Assembly (NCBI GenBank): GCA_036163755.1
Contig: JAYZKF010000057.1
Span: 1 to 44,075 of the forward strand
Length of the DNA: 44,075 nucleotides
Direction: 5' to 3'
Source: Fidelibacterota bacterium
GTDB lineage: Bacteria > Fidelibacterota > Marinisomatia > Marinisomatales > TCS55
The notes beneath the pieces were generated by a model. It saw nothing but the letters and a program-made list of their open reading frames with translations, ran no database searches and had not been told where the DNA came from. Made by a program: the position numbers and the translations under genes. This document shows, one piece after another, positions 41,561-44,075 of the stretch. Positions within the stretch are counted from its first letter, which is position 1. The number at the start of each line of letters is the position of its first letter.

Positions 41561-43981
41561 ATGAGCGAAGATTTTGAAAAAGATTTTAATGAAGAACTAT
41601 TAGAAGAAAGTGAATCTTATCCAGTGATGCCATTGCGGAATACTGTTCTTTTTCCGCAACAAGTGATTCCTATTTATATCGGTAGAGATAAATCTCTAAA
41701 GTTAATTAATGAACTTCCATCCAATAGTAAACATATAGTTGTTGTAGCACAAGAAGATGGATCAATAGAAAATCCTGAGCCCGATGAAATGTATTCTTTC
41801 GGAACACTTGCTGTTGTTCTAAAAGTATTTGATATGCCTGATAATAGCAAATCTGCAATTGTCCAAGGTATAGATAGAGTAAAGATTCTTGATTTCAAAG
41901 AAAAAGAACCTTATTACCGTGCTGTAGTCCAAAGAATTTCTGACAATGTACCCTCTGATGATGTTGAGATAGATGCATTAGCAAACAATCTTCGACAAGT
42001 TTTTAATGAATTAATTAAAGTCGCTCCTAATCTTAGTGAAGAGCATACCGGTATGCTCTCTAATATCCAGAAACCAGCTCGTTTAGCTGATCGTGCAGTT
42101 TCATTGCTTACTGTTCCAAATCCAGAGAAGCAGGATGTGCTTGAAGAACTTGATATTAAAAGTAGGGTAGAAAAATCAATTAATATTCTAACAAAAGAAA
42201 TTCAAAGAATCAAACTTGGTGAAGAGATCCAAACTGAAGTACATGATGAAATAAGCAAATCTCAGCGGGAATATTATCTTAGAGAACAAATGAAAGCAAT
42301 TAAGCGTGAATTGGGTGAAGATGAATCTCAAGTTGAATTAAAGGAAATTGAAGATGCGATTAAAAAAGCTAAGATGCCAAAAGATGCGAAAAAGGTCGCT
42401 TTAAAAGAATTAGATAGACTCTCAAAAATTCCTTCTCAATCACCGGAGTATACTGTTTCAAGAACATATCTTGATTGGTTGACTGAATTACCATGGTCAA
42501 AAAAATCTGAAGATACTATTGATGTAAAAGATGCTAATAAAATTCTTGATGAAGATCACTACGGATTAGAAAAAGTAAAAGAAAGAATACTTGAATATCT
42601 TGCAGTTCGGGCATTGAAAATGAAAAAGGATCCTGATGGAGCTATACGTGGTCCAATATTATGTTTTGCAGGCCCTCCAGGTGTGGGAAAAACATCCCTA
42701 GGAAAATCAATTGCAAGATCAATGGGTCGTGAATTTGTTCGTATTTCTCTTGGAGGTGTTCGTGATGAAGCAGAGATCCGTGGTCATAGGAGAACATATA
42801 TTGGTGCACTGCCAGGAAGAATAATTCAATCATTAAAAAAAGCAGGTACAAATAATCCTGTTTTTATGCTAGATGAAATTGACAAGCTAGGAATGGACTT
42901 TCGTGGCGATCCATCTTCAGCATTATTAGAAGTATTAGACCCAGAGCAAAACAATACTTTTGCTGATCATTATTTGGAAGTTGATTTTGATCTTAGCAAT
43001 GTTATGTTTATAGCAACTGCTAATTATCAAGACCCAATTCCTCCCGCATTAAAAGATAGAATGGAAATCATTGATTTCTCAGGATATATTTTGGATGAAA
43101 AAGTCCAAATTGCAAAGAAACATTTAATTCCTAAGCAAATGGAAGAGAATGCACTTACAACTAAAGATGTTGCTCTTGATGATGTGGGATTAAAAGAACT
43201 AATTAATTCGTATACCCGTGAGGCTGGAGTAAGAAATCTTGAACGTGAAATAGCAAATGTATTTAGGAAAGTTGCTCGCGATAAAGTTGAAAAAAAATCA
43301 AAGAAAGTTAGAGTTTCAAAAAAGAAGGTAACTGAATATTTGGGAGCCCCTAGATTTTATTCTGATATTGCAGAGCGTACCACGAAGCCTGGAGTTGTGA
43401 CTGGTTTGGCTTGGACAGCAGCAGGTGGTGATATTCTATTTATTGAAGCATCAAAAATGAAGGGCAAGGGAGCACTAACTTTAACAGGCCAATTGGGTGA
43501 TGTAATGAAAGAATCAGCAACGGCAGCTATGACCTATGTGCGTTCTCATACAGATATTCTTGATCTAGCAAATGACTTCAATGAAAAAACAGATATTCAT
43601 GTACATGTTCCAGCAGGTGCAATTCCAAAAGATGGACCATCAGCAGGTGTTGGTATGTTTACTGCAATTCTTTCTCTTCTATCTGGCAAACCCGTTAAAA
43701 GCAAGGTTGCTATGACTGGTGAGATTACACTAAGAGGTAATGTATTACCAATTGGAGGGGTAAAAGAAAAAGTTACTGCAGCACATCGTTCTGGAATAAA
43801 AACAATAATATTGCCTGATCAAAATCGTAAGGATCTTGAAGATATTCCTGAACATATTAAGAAAGATTTAGAATTTCATTTTGCTAAAGAAATGATGGAT
43901 GTTATTGATGTGGCTATACCAGGATTAAAGGGAAAGAAAAAAACAAAAAATACATCTTCAAAGATAAAAAAGGCAGTTTAA
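41561..43981 (+). CDS. lon: ATP-dependent Lon protease (endopeptidase La)
   Basis: LON N-domain (PVMPLRNTVLFP), Walker A GPPGVGKTS, Walker B FMLDEIDK, and protease Ser site PKDGPSAG. Length 806 aa. An AAGGA SD lies upstream. Confidence 0.95.
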   Translation: MSEDFEKDFNEELLEESESYPVMPLRNTVLFPQQVIPIYIGRDKSLKLINELPSNSKHIVVVAQEDGSIENPEPDEMYSFGTLAVVLKVFDMPDNSKSAIVQGIDRVKILDFKEKEPYYRAVVQRISDNVPSDDVEIDALANNLRQVFNELIKVAPNLSEEHTGMLSNIQKPARLADRAVSLLTVPNPEKQDVLEELDIKSRVEKSINILTKEIQRIKLGEEIQTEVHDEISKSQREYYLREQMKAIKRELGEDESQVELKEIEDAIKKAKMPKDAKKVALKELDRLSKIPSQSPEYTVSRTYLDWLTELPWSKKSEDTIDVKDANKILDEDHYGLEKVKERILEYLAVRALKMKKDPDGAIRGPILCFAGPPGVGKTSLGKSIARSMGREFVRISLGGVRDEAEIRGHRRTYIGALPGRIIQSLKKAGTNNPVFMLDEIDKLGMDFRGDPSSALLEVLDPEQNNTFADHYLEVDFDLSNVMFIATANYQDPIPPALKDRMEIIDFSGYILDEKVQIAKKHLIPKQMEENALTTKDVALDDVGLKELINSYTREAGVRNLEREIANVFRKVARDKVEKKSKKVRVSKKKVTEYLGAPRFYSDIAERTTKPGVVTGLAWTAAGGDILFIEASKMKGKGALTLTGQLGDVMKESATAAMTYVRSHTDILDLANDFNEKTDIHVHVPAGAIPKDGPSAGVGMFTAILSLLSGKPVKSKVAMTGEITLRGNVLPIGGVKEKVTAAHRSGIKTIILPDQNRKDLEDIPEHIKKDLEFHFAKEMMDVIDVAIPGLKGKKKTKNTSSKIKKAV

Positions 43982-43998
43982 ATTTATATTAATATAAT

Positions 43999-44072
43999 GG
44001 GCGTTTAACTCAGCTGGTCAGAGTGCCTCCCTTACAAGGAGGAAGTCGGGAGTTCAAATCTCTCAACGCCCA
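43999..44072 (+). tRNA. tRNA-Val (anticodon UAC)
   Basis: GGGCGTT-TA-ACTC-AGCTGGTCA-GAGT-G-CCTCC-CTTACAA-GGAGG-AAGTC-GGGAG-TTCAAAT-CTCTC-AACGCCC-A. It folds as a cloverleaf with anticodon TAC. The window ends 3 nt after the discriminator (CCG). Confidence 0.9.
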
Positions 44073-44075
44073 CCG

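Noticed and set aside
41487-41564. A 25-codon upstream ORF (MSKLHINIFGTKFEPLINDKLKGIL) whose TGA overlaps the lon ATG (ATGA). It could be a leader peptide.
   Set aside because: It has no SD upstream of its ATG. By my rough estimate, an open 25-codon stretch in this base composition arises by chance at roughly 10 percent. It is also incompatible with the candidate promoter at 41513-41527, which lies inside it. It is worth a look only if TSS data place the lon 5' end upstream of 41487.
1262-42851. The remaining short antisense track ORFs: 1262-1486, 7655-7846, 14438-14665, 21796-21978, 23274-23504, 26697-27026, 29138-29401, 30214-30414, 32051-32293, 35388-35597, 38994-39221, 40395-40661, 41311-41493, 41674-41898 and 42642-42851.
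   Set aside because: Each lies inside or largely overlaps a confidently assigned gene on the opposite strand. None has a recognisable domain, and they are 60-109 aa long. They are consistent with chance ORFs.
1-44075. A window-wide look for CRISPR arrays, long direct or inverted repeats, transposases, integrases, toxin-antitoxin pairs and known defence-system genes, including next to the two tRNAs.
   Set aside because: I saw none by eye. Every gap longer than 60 nt is short, AT-rich and non-repetitive. The DNA next to tRNA-Glu is ordinary housekeeping, and tRNA-Val lies at the window edge, so anything integrated beyond it cannot be seen. A computational repeat search would be more reliable than my reading.

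Overview
This is a 44,075-bp, visibly AT-rich (by eye about one-third G+C, not computed) and very gene-dense bacterial chromosomal segment. I call about 46 protein genes and 2 tRNAs. I saw no transposase, integrase, phage gene, CRISPR array or recognisable defence gene. Many neighbouring genes share start/stop overlaps (ATGA, TAATG), and convergent genes abut with no spacer, which suggests a streamlined genome. The gene content (CarboxypepD_reg-type TonB receptor plus DUF4249, fused E1 alpha/beta, DUF5916, eukaryotic-type citrate synthase) together with Shine-Dalgarno-led starts suggests an FCB-group-like marine bacterium, but this is only a guess.

Modules in order:
- Partial M20 amidohydrolase.
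- Zeaxanthin-type carotenoid cluster, crtI-crtB-orf-crtZ-crtYcd.
- DUF5916 outer-membrane protein, an SRPBCC protein and an SDR.
- A Bcp peroxiredoxin whose peroxidatic Cys codon is an in-frame TGA (predicted selenocysteine).
- TonB receptor, DUF4249 protein and an alkaline-phosphatase-like trio.
- tRNA-Glu, grxD-bolA, xth, hemW and a GroES-like gene.
- An msbA/LPS-core glycosyltransferase cluster containing a TagF-like gene and a membrane sulfatase-like enzyme.
- A LicC-like nucleotidyltransferase with a HAD phosphatase, then citrate synthase.
- A tightly coupled six-gene unit, mostly of unknown function, ending in nth.
- queD-yhhQ-folE.
- A seamless seven-gene block, lpd-lipB-E1-E2-methyltransferase-lipA-dihaem cytochrome c.
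- lon and tRNA-Val.

The best-supported unusual signal is the Sec-recoded, signal-peptide-bearing Bcp. I did not find a convincing wholly new multi-gene system. The candidates worth following are the unknown coupled operon at 28.6-32.4 kb, the orphan gene inside the crt cluster, the TBDR/DUF4249/AlkP trio, and the methyltransferase and cytochrome embedded in the lipoate block. All family assignments come from motif recognition by eye, and no database search was run.
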